A program made the position numbers and the translations under genes. A stretch of 64,000 bases of DNA from Ginglymostoma cirratum (taxonomy: Eukaryota): assembly GCA_024137785.1 (NCBI GenBank), contig JAHRHZ010000058.1:14804831-14868830 (forward strand). The letters run 5' to 3'. Under the pieces are notes generated by a model. It was given only the letters and a program-made list of their open reading frames with translations. It was not told where the DNA came from and searched no databases. Position 1 is the first letter of the stretch. Each line of letters starts with the position of its first letter. This document shows, piece after piece, positions 40,385-53,449 of this stretch.

Positions 40385-42670
40385 GAGAGAGCGAGAAAGA
40401 GAGAAAACAGGGAACTACATGCCAATTAGCCATCAGTCGTCGGGAACATGCTGGAATCTATTATGAGGAAGGTTTTACCTTGGACTTAGAAAAACATAGT
40501 ATGATCAGAGTCAACATGGTTTAATGAAAAGCAAATAGTATTTGACAAACTTAGGACAGATTTTAGAGAACCTAACTGATAGAGTAGGTATAGAGGAGTC
40601 TTTAGATGCTGTATACATGAATTTGCAAATCCATTCATAAAGGTGTCAGAAAGAAGGTTGATACACAAAATAAAGTCTTATGTCGTTAGGAATAATGTAT
40701 TAGCAATGGATGGAGGATTCGGTGAAAAAAACTTGCACTTTTCATGACCAGTAGAATTCTGAAAACACTTTACAACCGATGACAACAATGACAATGTACA
40801 TTCAGAGAACACCTTTAACTAACAGGGCACTTCACAAGAGCATTACAAAATAAAGTGTGATACTGAACAACAAAAGGAGCTATTGATTAAATGGTCATAA
40901 GTTTTGGTCAAAAGCATAGGTTTTAATTGGTATTCCAGAATGCAGGGTAGGCAGTTTAGGATTGAGATGAAGAGAATTTTTTTCACTCAGTATGTAGTGA
41001 TACTGTGGAATTCTCTGCCACATAAGACAGTGGCAGTCAAAACACTGAATAGCTTTAAGAAAGAAATAGATAGATTTCTAGACACTAAAGGCAAGAGGGT
41101 GTATGGGGAACATTGTGTTGAGATAGAGAATCAGTCATGCTCATATTGAATTTTGGAACTGTATCAATGGATAAAATGACCTACTCTCGATTGTATCTTA
41201 TATATTTCTCTGTTTCTATTAAAGGAGCAAACCAAGGTAGAAAGGCAGAGACGTGAAGGTAGGTTATTCTGGACATTGAGGCCTAGCTAACTGAAAGCAC
41301 AACCATCAATAATATAGCAGTTAAAATTAGGCATTCACAAAAAATGGGTAGAATTGGAGGAGCAGTCGTGGTTCAGGGTCTCGGGGAGATTGCAAATAGG
41401 GAGGGTGAGGCTATATTAGGATTTGAAACCAAAGATAAGAATTTAAAAACAGGACTTGACCACAAACCGGAGAGGGTTGGTGTGTATAGGCATGATCAGG
41501 GAATGTGACTTGCAAGTTAAGATACAACCAGCAGTATTTAGGATGATGTTATGAAGAGTAAAATGTGAGAGATCTGTCAGGAGTGCGTTAGAATAGTTAT
41601 GTCTAGATGTAGCAAGATGACAGATGGGAGTTTCAGCAGCAGCTAATTGAGAGAGAGGCAAAGTCCAATGATATTTCAGAGTTGGATATAGGAGTTCTCG
41701 TTGATGGCACAAACGTGAGGTTAGTAACTCACCTTGGATCAGATATGATACCAAGGTTCAAAACACACTGGTTTAATCTAAGACTGCTGCTAGAGAGGGA
41801 GAGGAACAGAGTCAGAAAAAAGGAAGGGGAATTTGGAGCAGGGATCAAAAATAATTGCATCGGTCTTCCTGATTATTAATTGGAGGAAATTATTGCTCAT
41901 CCAAAACTGGATTATATTTGATAATTTAGCAGCAGAGCAGGAATCAAGAAAGACGATGATGAGATAGAAATAGGTGTCATCAATGTTCATGTGAAAACTA
42001 CAACTGTAGTTATGGATGATAAGTCAGCGCAACTGAAGCTGGTCAATCCCAGGATCTCTGGTGAACAGTGAGGTGCTCCAGGAATGGTAAGTTGGGATGG
42101 AAATCAGATGTGTTACTCGCCATAAAGGCAGAAATGCCAATTAATGTGGCGACTTTGGTGAGATATGGCAAGAAAACCCGTTCAGTCTTGCCATGAGAGT
42201 TACTCCATCAAACTTGATGCAACTTACACCAAGTCAAAAAACCATAAGATTCAGCCCCAACAGTAATGCTACCATATTTGCTGACAAAGCTATGTAGGAA
42301 TGTAAGCTGTGAGGAGGATACAGAGAGGCTATTAAAAAGGTATAGACAGGTTAAGTGAGTGGGAGAAAATGTCCTAAATGGGTTATAAAATTAAAAAGGA
42401 AGAGGTTAATCACTTTGACAGTGCATCTAGAAAAGCAAAATATTTTTTAAAGGCATGTAACTTGTAAATATTGATGTTCGGAGTGAGTGGGATATCTCAT
42501 AAAAGGAATGCAGCAAGATATAAACAAAAACAGCAAGAAATTAGGAAAGTAAATGGCACATTGGCCTTTTGTGCAGGGGATTTGAGTACAAGAATAAACA
42601 TGTCTTGCTATCAGTATAAGGTTTTGGTGAGACCACACCTGGAATACAGCATGTAGTTTTAGTCTTCATT
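40385..42670 (+). mobile_element. Decayed CR1 RT (about 40385-40720 and 42270-42670) split by an L2 insertion
   Basis: 'gggaactacatgccaattagc' (NYRPIS-like), 'agtcaacatggttt' (SQHGF), and later 'YKVLVRPHLEYS'. Confidence 0.65.
40725..42010 (-). mobile_element. Decayed L2 LINE, itself interrupted by a CR1 3' fragment at about 40930-41217
   Basis: Minus frames 'NIDDTYFYL...IQFWMSNNFLQLIIRKTDAIIF' and 'TSRHNYSNALLTDL...NTAGCILT'. Insert reads 'FFTQYVVILWNSLP...FKKEIDRFL'. Confidence 0.7.
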
Positions 42671-44284
42671 GGTAACAGACTTGAATGTCTTCAATGACTG
42701 GTGCTGTTCATACAGATGATGCACAATAAAATCCACATTGATTCATTATTGCAGTGTAATTATTGCAAGCTTCTCAGACAATTTATGTCCCTACCTTTGA
42801 GCCAGAAGGCCTCAGTTTGTCCCACCTGCTCCAGATGTGTGTCGTTACATAGCTAAGCATGTTGATTGAAAATATCCCTTAAACAATTTATTACCAGCAA
42901 TGACATGCCAAATTTCCCACTACAGCTTATTTATCATTCAGTTACTAAAACAGGAGAATTTTAGGGTGAGGCAGTAGCTATATCTAAAACCTGGGTTTGA
43001 ATCAGCCGAGGCTGTGACAATGAATATCTTCTTTTCTAACTTTAAAAGTTGTATACAAACTTAGTTTGGCAGGCTCAACCCTGTTCCCAAAGGCATGAGA
43101 TCCACTTTAGCATTAAGTTGGAATCTCAGGCAGAGGGAATACAAGATGCTAGGAATAATTGGGACAATGTCACATGGAAATGATATGGGATCCTCCAGGA
43201 GACTAGGGATGTTGGGGTATTATACAGGAAGATTCAATTGCTATTTAAACGAGTTAGATCTAAAAATGCTAAATATTGATATTCATGCTGATCTGAAGAT
43301 TGGCATCCCTCAACACTAACATCCCCCAAATTTTTAAACATAAAGTTCATGAAAAAGTATAAAAACAAGCATTTAAAAACCTGAACATTAGAAAGCTATG
43401 GGAATGAGAAATGGGCCAACATTGTCTGAATTGTTTTCACTCAGTGTGTTGTTTAGATCCATCGAGGAACAACCTTGCCCACGCACTGCCTTACTGATGT
43501 TTAGAATTACAGTGCACACTTGGTTTCATAGCAATGGTCTGTCCTATCAGATCTCTACTGGAACTTCCAGCAAAATTGCCTTATTGCTCATTGAAGAAAT
43601 AAAATCGGTGAAAATAATCCACTTGTTTAGGAATCTTTTAACATTTGGTTTCAATTTCATCCAAGACATTCACCACAATGTTCAGGTTAGAATACACTTT
43701 ATGAAGTAAGCGTCTCTTTCTAATTAGTTAGATTTAAAGTTTAAAAGCTAATTGTGCCTATTAAGACTAGTGAATGCAAAGATTTGAGAGATTTTTTGAC
43801 AAACTTGTTGCTTGATCTAGTTATGTTGTCCCATGAAGAAAAGATCAGTTTATTTTGTTTGAATGGTCAAATTCTGTGCTCATCAAGTTGAAGGATATTA
43901 ATGTTGGGGAAGGGAACACATTACCCAGTTTATACACCGGGGGCAATAAAAAGATCTATTCCTGCTTTCAGATGCAGGAATTGAGATTCACAATCAGCTT
44001 TCACGTACGCCTGTTAAGGTAAGCTGTACAGAAACTTGGTATTGCCCCTTGATTTCCAATGTTGTGATGCTCGGCCAAGCGTGACCTGCACCAGAGGAGG
44101 CTGAGCACCCTGCAGGGGATCTAGCAGTGTACATGGCTAACACATTCCAGCTACACCTCTTGAGGCAGCCTGCTCCTTTTGAAGAAGAGCTACACTGAAT
44201 ATAACGAAGTTGTTTTGGACTGTTCCTGCACAATGAATTGGCTGTTGAGACAAGCACCCCAAATGGACAAACAGGGAAGACAGC

Positions 44285-45260
44285 GTCCTTCCAGATTCTT
44301 GGATGTTGCCTGGAGACCTTAGTCTAGGAGGTTGTCAAACAGAATGAGGCCACGATTCTATGGCAGGGTCTAAGATAAATGGGAGCAGGTGGTGTCAGAG
44401 ATCCATTCTTACATATTGATTTGAATTTCATTAGAAGACCTGACAGCAATTCCACTAGTAGTTCAGTGATCTCACAAGGTGGTCAAGGCCAGTGAATGCA
44501 TGTTCATATGGCAAACCTTGTCCACCACACCCACAACCTGATGCAGTATTCAGTACACGACAGCTCCATCAGTCACCCAACAACAGTCTCTGGCTATCAG
44601 AACTCAGGTCTAATATTCAGATACACTACCTCGTCCTTATACATGTATCAATGTTTGTAACTTCGCACCCACTGCTTGATGTCTTCACATAGCTGTAGCT
44701 ATTCAATTGTGGCAGGCACATCACCTAAGTGCAATGTAAGAAAATCACTGACACTTTCCCCCTCTCTTGCAGTACAAGCCCATAACTCCATTGAGCAGAG
44801 CAGAATCAGAGGTTGATAAACTTGGCTACATCACTGAAGCTCAAAGCAATGCTTCACGTTGTGAGGTCTGCTGTGGCAGAGGTTCATTCATTTGGTGTTT
44901 CTGAGGCCATTCAAGATGATGATATGATTTTGCTTTATGGACCTTCTCAAATCTCACCTCACCCTCACCTTGTTATATGATTTGAAGTGCAATGAACTGA
45001 AGTGCAATGTGACTTTGGGGCACCTACTTTCAACCACATTTCCCCTTCTCTCACCTGCTCCCTTCCCCTTATGATTTTGTTTTGCTTTCATATGCACAAG
45101 AACTTGCCCAGCCAAAATAGAAAGAGCAAAAGCTGAACCACACATATAATGGAGAAGCATTGTCACTTAATCTGACACCAACAGTCACCAGCTCAGTTTC
45201 CAGCAGTGTGCATACCTTAGAGGTTGGTATAGAATTGGAATTAGAATGTGGGAAGTCACT
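44285..45260 (+). pseudogene. Very decayed Harbinger-type Myb/SANT-like gene relic (copy 1)
   Basis: 'PSRFLDVA/LETLV*EVVK' at about 44288-44340. An acceptor at 44772 is followed by 'QAHNSIEQSRIRG'. Confidence 0.4.
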
Positions 45261-45264
45261 GGAC

Positions 45265-46700
45265 ATGAGGTCCTTGTCGATGAGGTGATGCAGAACAGGG
45301 ATGTCCTCTTCCCAGAGGACCAGCAGTGGAGGTCACAAAACAAGATCCTGGAGGCCACCTGGAATAGTGCGGTGTGGAGGAATGGGCAGCCGTGCTACAA
45401 GAAGGTCAATTATCTTCTCCATTTAGCCATGGTAAGTGCCTCACTGTTCTCTCTGTTGACCTCAGACTCATTCTATCTCTGCTATTGCATTCACCTCCTA
45501 TCAATGATTATGTTCTATCACTCTTGCTATTACCTTCAATCTCTCTCACTCTTGTTTGCCCCCTAATCTTCTAGACCACTAATTATCTGTGCCTACTCAT
45601 TAATCTGGAATACCTCACCACCTTTCAATCACTAGCACCAACGCTAACAGCCATGCCATCCAGTTTCATCTTACTTAATCCCTTCCTTGCTCTCATTCCA
45701 GGAGAAAACAGCCTACATAGGGCATGGATAGATGGAAGAGTTCCCAATGTCAGGCTCCTCACCCAGGATGAGGAGAGAACCCTGTTCCTCACAGGAGAAG
45801 ACTCGACTGCTCCTGTGGGCTTCTGAGACATCCGTGTTTCACCCACCAGTATCACTTTTCATTTCAGTGCAACTTAACCCCACGGTCAGCATCATTCATT
45901 GCGCACCACTTCTAACCACAGGGACTCCACCTTCTCTCCCTTGTTTCTTTCAGGTACCAGCAGGATGTCCATGCCCATGGTGAAGAAACGGCCTGCTCCA
46001 CCAGACGTCATTTCTTTGATTTCTGAGGGTGAGAATACTGAGGCCGCAAAGGAAGAATTGGCAAGGTTGTCTCCTGCAGCCCCGCCAGCTCAGGTACTGA
46101 CAGCTCAGTGGGAACGTCATGCTTTGAAAATTTGGGAGCACAGTCTGGTGAGCATTTCACTGTGACAGCAGGCCAAGGAGATAATGCCCCATGCTGTTCA
46201 CAGTCAGAGATATGCTGGAGATCAAGCACCTGTTCAGTTCCAGACGGGAGAGACCCTTGTGATGTCAGCAATCAGGGACTTGATCCACTTGCACATGGAG
46301 GAATAGGAGCAGCAGACAGGGATGTGGGAAGCAGTGGCCCTCATAGCCCAGAGGCTGTAGGAGCACAGCTTCGCAGTAGGGACCTGCACTCTATTACCTA
46401 GGCATTGGTGCTCAGGATAGAGGGAATGGTGAGGGGGAATGATGAACCTGGTGAGCACAACAGTTGTCCCTACCTCACAAGAAGACACGATGGAGACATC
46501 CAGTTGGAGGAGGTACCACACACAGGTCTCAGAGAAGTCCCTTCTCAGACGTTCACAGGTAGCTGGGCCTGCCACCTTCACAGTGCCTGGCCCTGCTTCC
46601 AACACTTGGAAATTGAAACCACTTTCTTCGGGCAAGAATACCCTCGGATTGCTTAGGCAGAAACATTCCCTGGGTCATCCAAACAAACATCCAAGGCCAA
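45265..46700 (+). pseudogene. Spliced Myb/SANT-like DNA-binding protein relic of a PIF/Harbinger transposon (copy 2)
   Basis: Exon 1 'EVLVDEVMQNRDVLFP...ATW...RNGQPCYKKVNYLLHLAM' with donor gtaagt at 45432. Acceptor at 45701, then 'EKTAY...PNVRLLTQDEERTLFLTGED'. Further acceptor at 45953 leads to a low-complexity exon. Contains frameshifts and stops. Confidence 0.65.
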
Positions 46701-46817
46701 TTGGCTCCATTGCCTCAGCTGTGGAACCTGGACAACACCAAGACATAGTTGGAAGGAAGGAAAGAAGAAGAGAAATACAGCATACTATATTTAAAGTACC
46801 TTGTCTTAAATTTTATT

Positions 46818-47112
46818 CATAGTATCCCAACAGTACAGAAAGAGGACATTTGGCCCATCAAGTCTTACCAACCCTCCAAAGACCATCTCACCCAGTCCCA
46901 CACCATCCCTGTAACCCCATATTTAGCATGGCCAATCCACCTATTCTATACATCTTTAGACTGTGGAAGGAAACCAGAGCGCTCTGAGGAAAACCCACGC
47001 AGACACAGGGAGAATGTGCAAACTCCACACACACAGTCATCCAAGGCTGGAATCGAACCTGGGGCCCTGGCACTGCAAGGCAGCAGTGCTAACCAAGCGA
47101 CCCTATGCCACA
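46818..47112 (-). mobile_element. HE1-like V-SINE
   Basis: Minus strand 'ggttagcactgctgcc..ccaggttcgattcc..gtgtggagtttgcacattctccctgtgtctgcgtgggtttt', with a CR1-like tail. Confidence 0.88.
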
Positions 47113-49754
47113 CTTGGTTTTGCATTATGTCTGCTTATATAAGTCTCTGTGTAGCCCTAAATGTAACTGTGCCAACATGTTGCCTACCGTCATGTCCATA
47201 CAGGATGTACCATGGATTGATGTCAATGTTGAGAGCGTGCTGCAACACGTGAAAAGATGAGCAAGGGGTATACAGAGCAGTGGGTTCTGCTGACACCATT
47301 GCTCCTTCATGGCCTCTGTTTGCAAAAATGTTAGTGTGAACGAAGTGGTCGGTGATGCTTGGGGCAGAGACTGTACAGCACAGAGGGAGCCAGTGCATTG
47401 GATTGCCATGGATTAGGGATGCTACTGTCTGAATCTGTACAGTGCATGGAGCTGCCTGTAATGTTCTTGCCTTTTAAAGTGTCTCATATCGGTGGGGCTT
47501 GCAGCCCCTCCCTCATGGTTTGACACACATTGCACCTCCTCCAGTTGCAGCCATTTTCTCCCCATTCCAGCACAATGGAAGGTGACAGCAAATTTTCTTC
47601 GGGAGGTGGTATCCAGCCTTGCCTCAATCTTCATGTTGGTGAGGCTCTGAACATCCAAATCCTCTTTTTAGTAGTCCTTCCAGTAAAGGACTAGGCTTTG
47701 TACCTCTCCAAGACCCTACTCAATTCTTCTCCTTGAGGCTGCACCTGCCTAATTTTACCCTCTAACCTTGGCTTATGAGGTGACCATGTAGACTAGCTGC
47801 TCCCCCCACAATGTCACAAATACAGTTGCCTCCCCTTCACAGTTGCCACCCCCCTTTTCCCCCAGCCTGCAGCCTCCAATGCCCAGGAATAGTTTCTGGA
47901 GTATCCTTCCCATGATAGTGGTCCCTGTTGCCCCACCTGGAGTGAACCTGACTGCTGCCTGTGCATCTCCCCAAATGTGTGACCCACACCTTGGGCTGCA
48001 GAGTCATGAAGCCCGTGACTGACTATACTCTGAATGGATGCCTGACCATGAGCAGTCCAGTGGACTGGTATGGGGTAGGGGGCTGCCCTTGACTTGCTGT
48101 GCTGGAAATCTCAGACTGTTGGGTCTCCATGGACTTCAGTAAGTACTATTGCCCTAAGACTTTGAGACATGGCTGCTTGCTTGCTGCAGTAGTTTTGCCA
48201 CGTAAGCTGCTGGCACATGGTGAAGATGTGAGATATCCATTCCCCTGACTGAGGACTGCTGACCAGCAAGGCAGACTGCCTGGTTGTTTAACTGTCCAAA
48301 TTGGCAGGGCGAGGCAGGGATTCTGCAGTCGTGTAGTTAGGTGCTAAATGAGCAAGCATTCGGGGAGTGAACAGGAAGTGAACAGGAAGTGCTGAGGTGC
48401 AGCCTAGTTCAATCCGTGATCTGGGTGTGTATTCCTGCATGCAAAGCATCCTTGCAGCGGCCTTTCAATACTAGTTGCAGGTGTGCTTTGAAGTGCAGGC
48501 CTGTGCTTCCTGAGGTTTCTCTAAGTGGATCGGAGAAGTGCCATGGAGATCCTGAGGGAATGGCAAATATTGGATACCAAGGGGCAATTTGGTATCCTGC
48601 TTGCAGCAGGTGGTAGGACAGAATTAAAGAGGTGAGATGTGCAGTAAACAAGCAATATTGCCCTCCTTTTAATAAGCACCTTACTGCTTCCGAGTGAGAA
48701 TCTCACCTTGATGCTCAGAACTTGCTTAAAAGATGCAGCAGGTTGCTCCTAACACCAAGATAGGCTTTGCAGAACTTCTTGTACGATTCTGCCACATTTC
48801 CTGCCATAGCCCACGTTGTTTGGCTCCTGTAATATTCTGCCCTTTGTTTATTTTCCATTTCCCCGACTGAGATCAGGGAAGGGAGTCTGAGCTTTCCCCG
48901 CTTAAACCCAGGGAGTGCAGAGATCAACTGCGCTTCCCAGCTACTGCTGTATGTGGGATCAGCAAGCTCAGCACAAGCTAGAGGTGCATGTGTTCCTCAG
49001 TCACACACTATATAGCCAAGATTAGTTGACTCGTCTTTTCTAAACCAATGGACAGGAACTTGTACTGACCAGAGTGACTCACAGTGGGTGCCACCCATGT
49101 GGTACAATGTGAAACTAATTCAAGCAAGTCACTGACTATCTTTCCTTTGCATTTGATCTTTCCCTTTGGAGTAGAATATAAAATATTTAATTATCTACAG
49201 TCAGTTCATTGTAAGATCACTGCTACCACATGTTGTGTGGGCTTTAAATGAGGTATTTCTTTCCCTTTCCTCCAATTAAGTTTGTACCAGAATCTATCAC
49301 AAAACGCACGTTGTCTCTTTTTTAATTCACTTCATTATGCAAACCCAGGAGTTTTCTTTTTCACGTTAGTTGAATGTCATTGTTGTAACCTGTTAATTGT
49401 CAGCTATATTAAGTGTATCGATTAATGTAGCAGCAATTAGAGGAAAATAATAGATGGAGAGGCATTTGTTAAATTTGCTGTAATACTTCAATTTGGTGGA
49501 TCAAAGAAACAAAAAATCCAAATCTCTCAATAGTTTTAATTCATTATGCAATTAAAATTTCAGACTGATTCATCTCTCAACTCTCTCTTCATTGCAACTT
49601 TTATACATCATTTATTGCTCACCTGAATGTCTCTTTCTTGATGTTGCCTGGTTTACCATCCTGCATGTTCTTTCCCCCCAATAAATATTGGGTTTTTAAA
49701 GCCTGAAGATTATAGTAGGTGAAAGGGAATTTTGAGACCAGGCCTACAACTGAC

Positions 49755-49851
49755 TTCTGATGAAGAGTCACTGGATTCGAAATGTAAACTCCAGTTTCTC
49801 CCTACAGATGCTGCTCGACCTATTGAATTTCTTCAGCAATTTCTTGTTTTT
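49755..49851 (+). mobile_element. PLE family-B short copy with a near-canonical HHR core
   Basis: CUGAUGA at 49757-49763, stem II GAGUC/GAUUC with loop ACUG, GAAA at 49779-49782, UGUA, then the family-B body. Confidence 0.75.
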
Positions 49852-50769
49852 GCTACAATTGGCTTCACTGTCTTTAGACTGGGAAAGTCAACATCAACCA
49901 GGGATCCTGCTACTATTCACTGTGGCTGAACTGACAATGTGCCTATTAGTTGGAGTAGGAACAAACTCTGCCGTGATGCCCTAATTGGTGGAACAGCCTG
50001 CCAGCGTTCACTGTGTGAGGTTAGCCTGAAGCATGGCCAGGTGGGTGAAGTACTGCAGGGTTGCTGGAGTCTGAAGTGAAAGTCAGTATCATCATGGGAA
50101 GAGAACAATGGTGAGAAAATAAAATCTACCAAAGAAATGAGATTTAAATAATACCAATGAGAAGATGGCTGTATTTAAGTTCGCAAAATCTGATAACACT
50201 TGGATGAAAGTAAATGTCAGGAAGCTTTAAAGCTGTGGAAGTAAATTGGAGTTGATGGTCCGACTGAATGAAATATATCTTTGAACAACACGAATAAGGA
50301 GAGTCAATTATCGTGTATTTGTTTTTGTCAATCCGATACAGTATATTCTGGTTATCAGTATCAAAAGTGCAGCAGATCTGAATTCTGCCCTAAATCTCCA
50401 TCATAATGAATTAAAGATACCATATTATTTGTAAATTATATTTGTTCTTGATTTAAATTGAGAATTAGGTAGGGATTTCAGCATGAGGATTCTTTCAGGA
50501 AGTTTCCTTCTGTCAAGGCTGCTACTAGTTTTATGTGAAAGAGTCATTCTGACAAGCTCCTAATTGTGAAGCAAAGTATAGGTCAGCTATACTCTAGTTT
50601 CATTTGACAGAAACTGTTAAAAGTGCGTTTATAGGGCTATGAAGTTACGCAAAATAGACTCCTGACAAAAAATGTGAGACCATTCGTTGGAGACAGCTTC
50701 CTATCACTTGAGCTTTACATTACAGTGCAATTGCAATAAGTTAAGATGGGTAGAAAAACACACATTGAC

Positions 50770-51180
50770 ATAGTGCTACAGGATCGCCATAAGCACTTTA
50801 TAGCTAGTGAGGGATTCTTGAAGTGTGGTCACTATTATAGTAAGGGAGTAACTGAGGTCAATTTGTATTTACAAACTTCAACAAACATCCACATGTTAAT
50901 GACCAGATGATTTGTTTTTGCGATACTTGTAAAGGGATAAATATTGGCTCGGACACCACTGATAAATCCCCTGTTCTTGTTTGAAGTCATGTTATAAAGG
51001 GTCTTTTCTGATTTACTGACACACCAGAGGACTTGGTTTAATGGCTCATCTGAAATGTGGCACCTCTAACAATGCAGTACTCCCTTGGTTCTGACTGTAG
51101 TTTTATCTTGATTTTTGTGCTCAAGTCCTGGAGTACTAGAACCCACAACCTGTTGGCTCTGGTGAGAATGCAACCAACTG
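50770..51180 (-). mobile_element. Deu-domain SINE (SacSINE1/AmnSINE-like)
   Basis: Reverse-complement similarity to 63259-63660 ('tcatctgaaatgtggcacctc', 'gggataaatattggc'). Confidence 0.65.
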
Positions 51181-53256
51181 TAAAACAAAAGAACCTCAGG
51201 CAGTGGATGCGTTGGAACAGAGTGTTAATATCAGTATTTAACTTTTAGATGCTGAAAAGCGTATACTTACACAAGCATACGCTCAGGGTTCTGTTGGCCT
51301 TTGGGCAAGGAAACCAACAGTATAAGCTTGGTCGAATAGTGGTCCTTGCTATTCTAATCAGTCATCAATTATGTGCTCAGTTTTTGTTTAATATAACTGG
51401 CCCCTAAATGTCTCAGAAATAGTTTGATACATCGTCATAGAAAATAGTTTTCAAGTTCCAGTATTCATTTTATTCAAACCAGTTGATTTATGAAGGGAGA
51501 AATTCTTCACATCATTGAAAACTAGGTTTTACTAAAAAGAACAATATGATATTCAGGAAACTGTGGCTTATATTTGGTGTTGTGCCAATTGGATAAAACA
51601 GATTTTATTTCTTTTGTGTGTGATGCTTCACATACTGCTCAAATAAAAGGAACTTCGCTTAAACAAAGCACTTTTTGCTGTAATTGTATTAATCCTACAA
51701 TATACAGCTGTGGGTGTACAGGGACCTCTCCAGAACGATCTTACTGTACAGTTGTTGGTCTCCTCTAGATGGATGTTCTGGCTTTTTGCTGGTACTCTCT
51801 GTTGATGAAAAGCGAGACTAATAGTTTATCCAGTCATAATCAGTTGTTAGGATTCTATTCAGAGGTTTAATTTCCATAAACCACTTCAAACAGGACTCAC
51901 ACATAAACTGTCTGAAATGAATTTCCCGAGTGACTAGGGGTGAACATGTGTTGTATTATGAGGTGGATAAAACAAAATAAAAGCCCACAAGAGAACTGAT
52001 AAGTTAAACTTAGTTACTTTGATAGCAAAGACTGTATTTTCTCTAGTTCCATTTTGATCTTTCCTGAAGACATCAGGTACACTGCATGGGCAGCTTTCTG
52101 AAACTTATTAAAATGATCTTTCGTGCATGGACCTGGACTTGACCAAACTATACCCTGTTGCCTGCTTTCTCCTGAGGATGGCAGGATGGTGATAGGAGTT
52201 TGGTTTAGTCCATGCAGTGGAGCTATAAGCTGCTGTTATCCATTGTACATGTACGTGCATTTTTGGCAGTGCTCTGTAAAGTGATGAGGGATTATATTTT
52301 ATGTCCAGCAACCTGGTGCGATGGGCAATGCAGAAGTGAGCTGCTCCTCAGTCCTGTGGCTCTGCATGACCCTAATATGTCCGCTGGAAAGTTATTATCT
52401 TGAGGTGGGGCTTCCACACCATCTGAGAGGAAATACTCCAACTTCTTTAGGAGCTACTTGCCAACTGGATAACCACAAGTTCTTAGATCCCAACTACACC
52501 AGTAGGAGTGCTCGCCACTGCTCGGATAGCAGCCAGTCCCTCACTACAGAGGTAGGATAAGGGAAACGAGGACATAGGGGTATAGCTACGACTTGGTTGA
52601 CAGCTCCTTGTCAGGATGTGATTAGGGGAATGAGGACCCAGGATGGACTGAGCTGGCAGGGGAAATGGAAATCATTGGAGGTGTCTGCTGCTATGGTAAA
52701 AGGGGCATGTAGGAGGCATGTGCTTCCAATTGAAACAGTGGGTTCAGAAGGGAGGCATTGCACTTCCCTGTCTGAAGCTCGAACAATGTTGACTTCTGGG
52801 TTTTTGACCCATTGCCTGCTTCTGCCGAGCGCCCATGAAGTAGCATTGACGCAGAAGCTGGTGTTGAGTGGCCATTAATTAATCAGTTAAGGTCCTTAAT
52901 CAGCAGGATTGGGCAGTTTGCCCAATGCTTCCCTCACCAGTTGTAAAATTGTGGTGGGAATAGTGTGGTGGGAATAGCAGTAGGTGGTCCCGGCAAATGT
53001 ACCCGTGACATTTTATGGTGCGTTCCACCTCTAAACTAGAGGAGAGTAAAATTTTGCCCCAGGTGTTGAGGAATTTTTCCGTTGCTAATTTTATTTCCAT
53101 CCAGTCATCCAATGGATACCTTGTCAAAGCCTTCATTATTCACATCAAGGCCTTGATGGAGAAGCCCCAGGTTGCCTTGTTAAGTTATTTTGTACTTGTG
53201 CCCAATTTGGCTGGATCAGTTTGTGTAAATCATTAGAATAAGCTCCTAGCATGCAT

Positions 53257-53449
53257 GAGAGATAATAGGAACTGCAGATGCTGGAGAATCCGAGATAACA
53301 AGGTGTGGAGCTGGATGAACACAGCAGGCCAAGCAGCATCATAGGAGCAGGAGCTTTTCTGATGAAGGGTCTAGGCCCGAAACGTCAAGCTTTCCTGCTC
53401 CTGTGATGCTGCTTGGCCTGCTGTGTTCATCCAGCTCCACACCTTGTTA
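53257..53449. mobile_element. PLE family-A head-to-head hairpin element with intact HHR core and 13 bp TSD
   Basis: TSD tcctagcatgcat at 53244-53256 and 53450-53462. Arms at 53294-53356 and 53387-53451. Confidence 0.93.
53353..53390 (+). ncRNA. Minimal type-I hammerhead ribozyme motif, predicted cleavage after C53386
   Basis: CUGAUGA (53359-53365), A, stem II GGGU/GCCC with palindromic loop CUAG, GAAA (53379-53382), CGUC. Stem III is reduced to the ACGU palindrome as in known PLE minimal HHRs. Confidence 0.8.
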
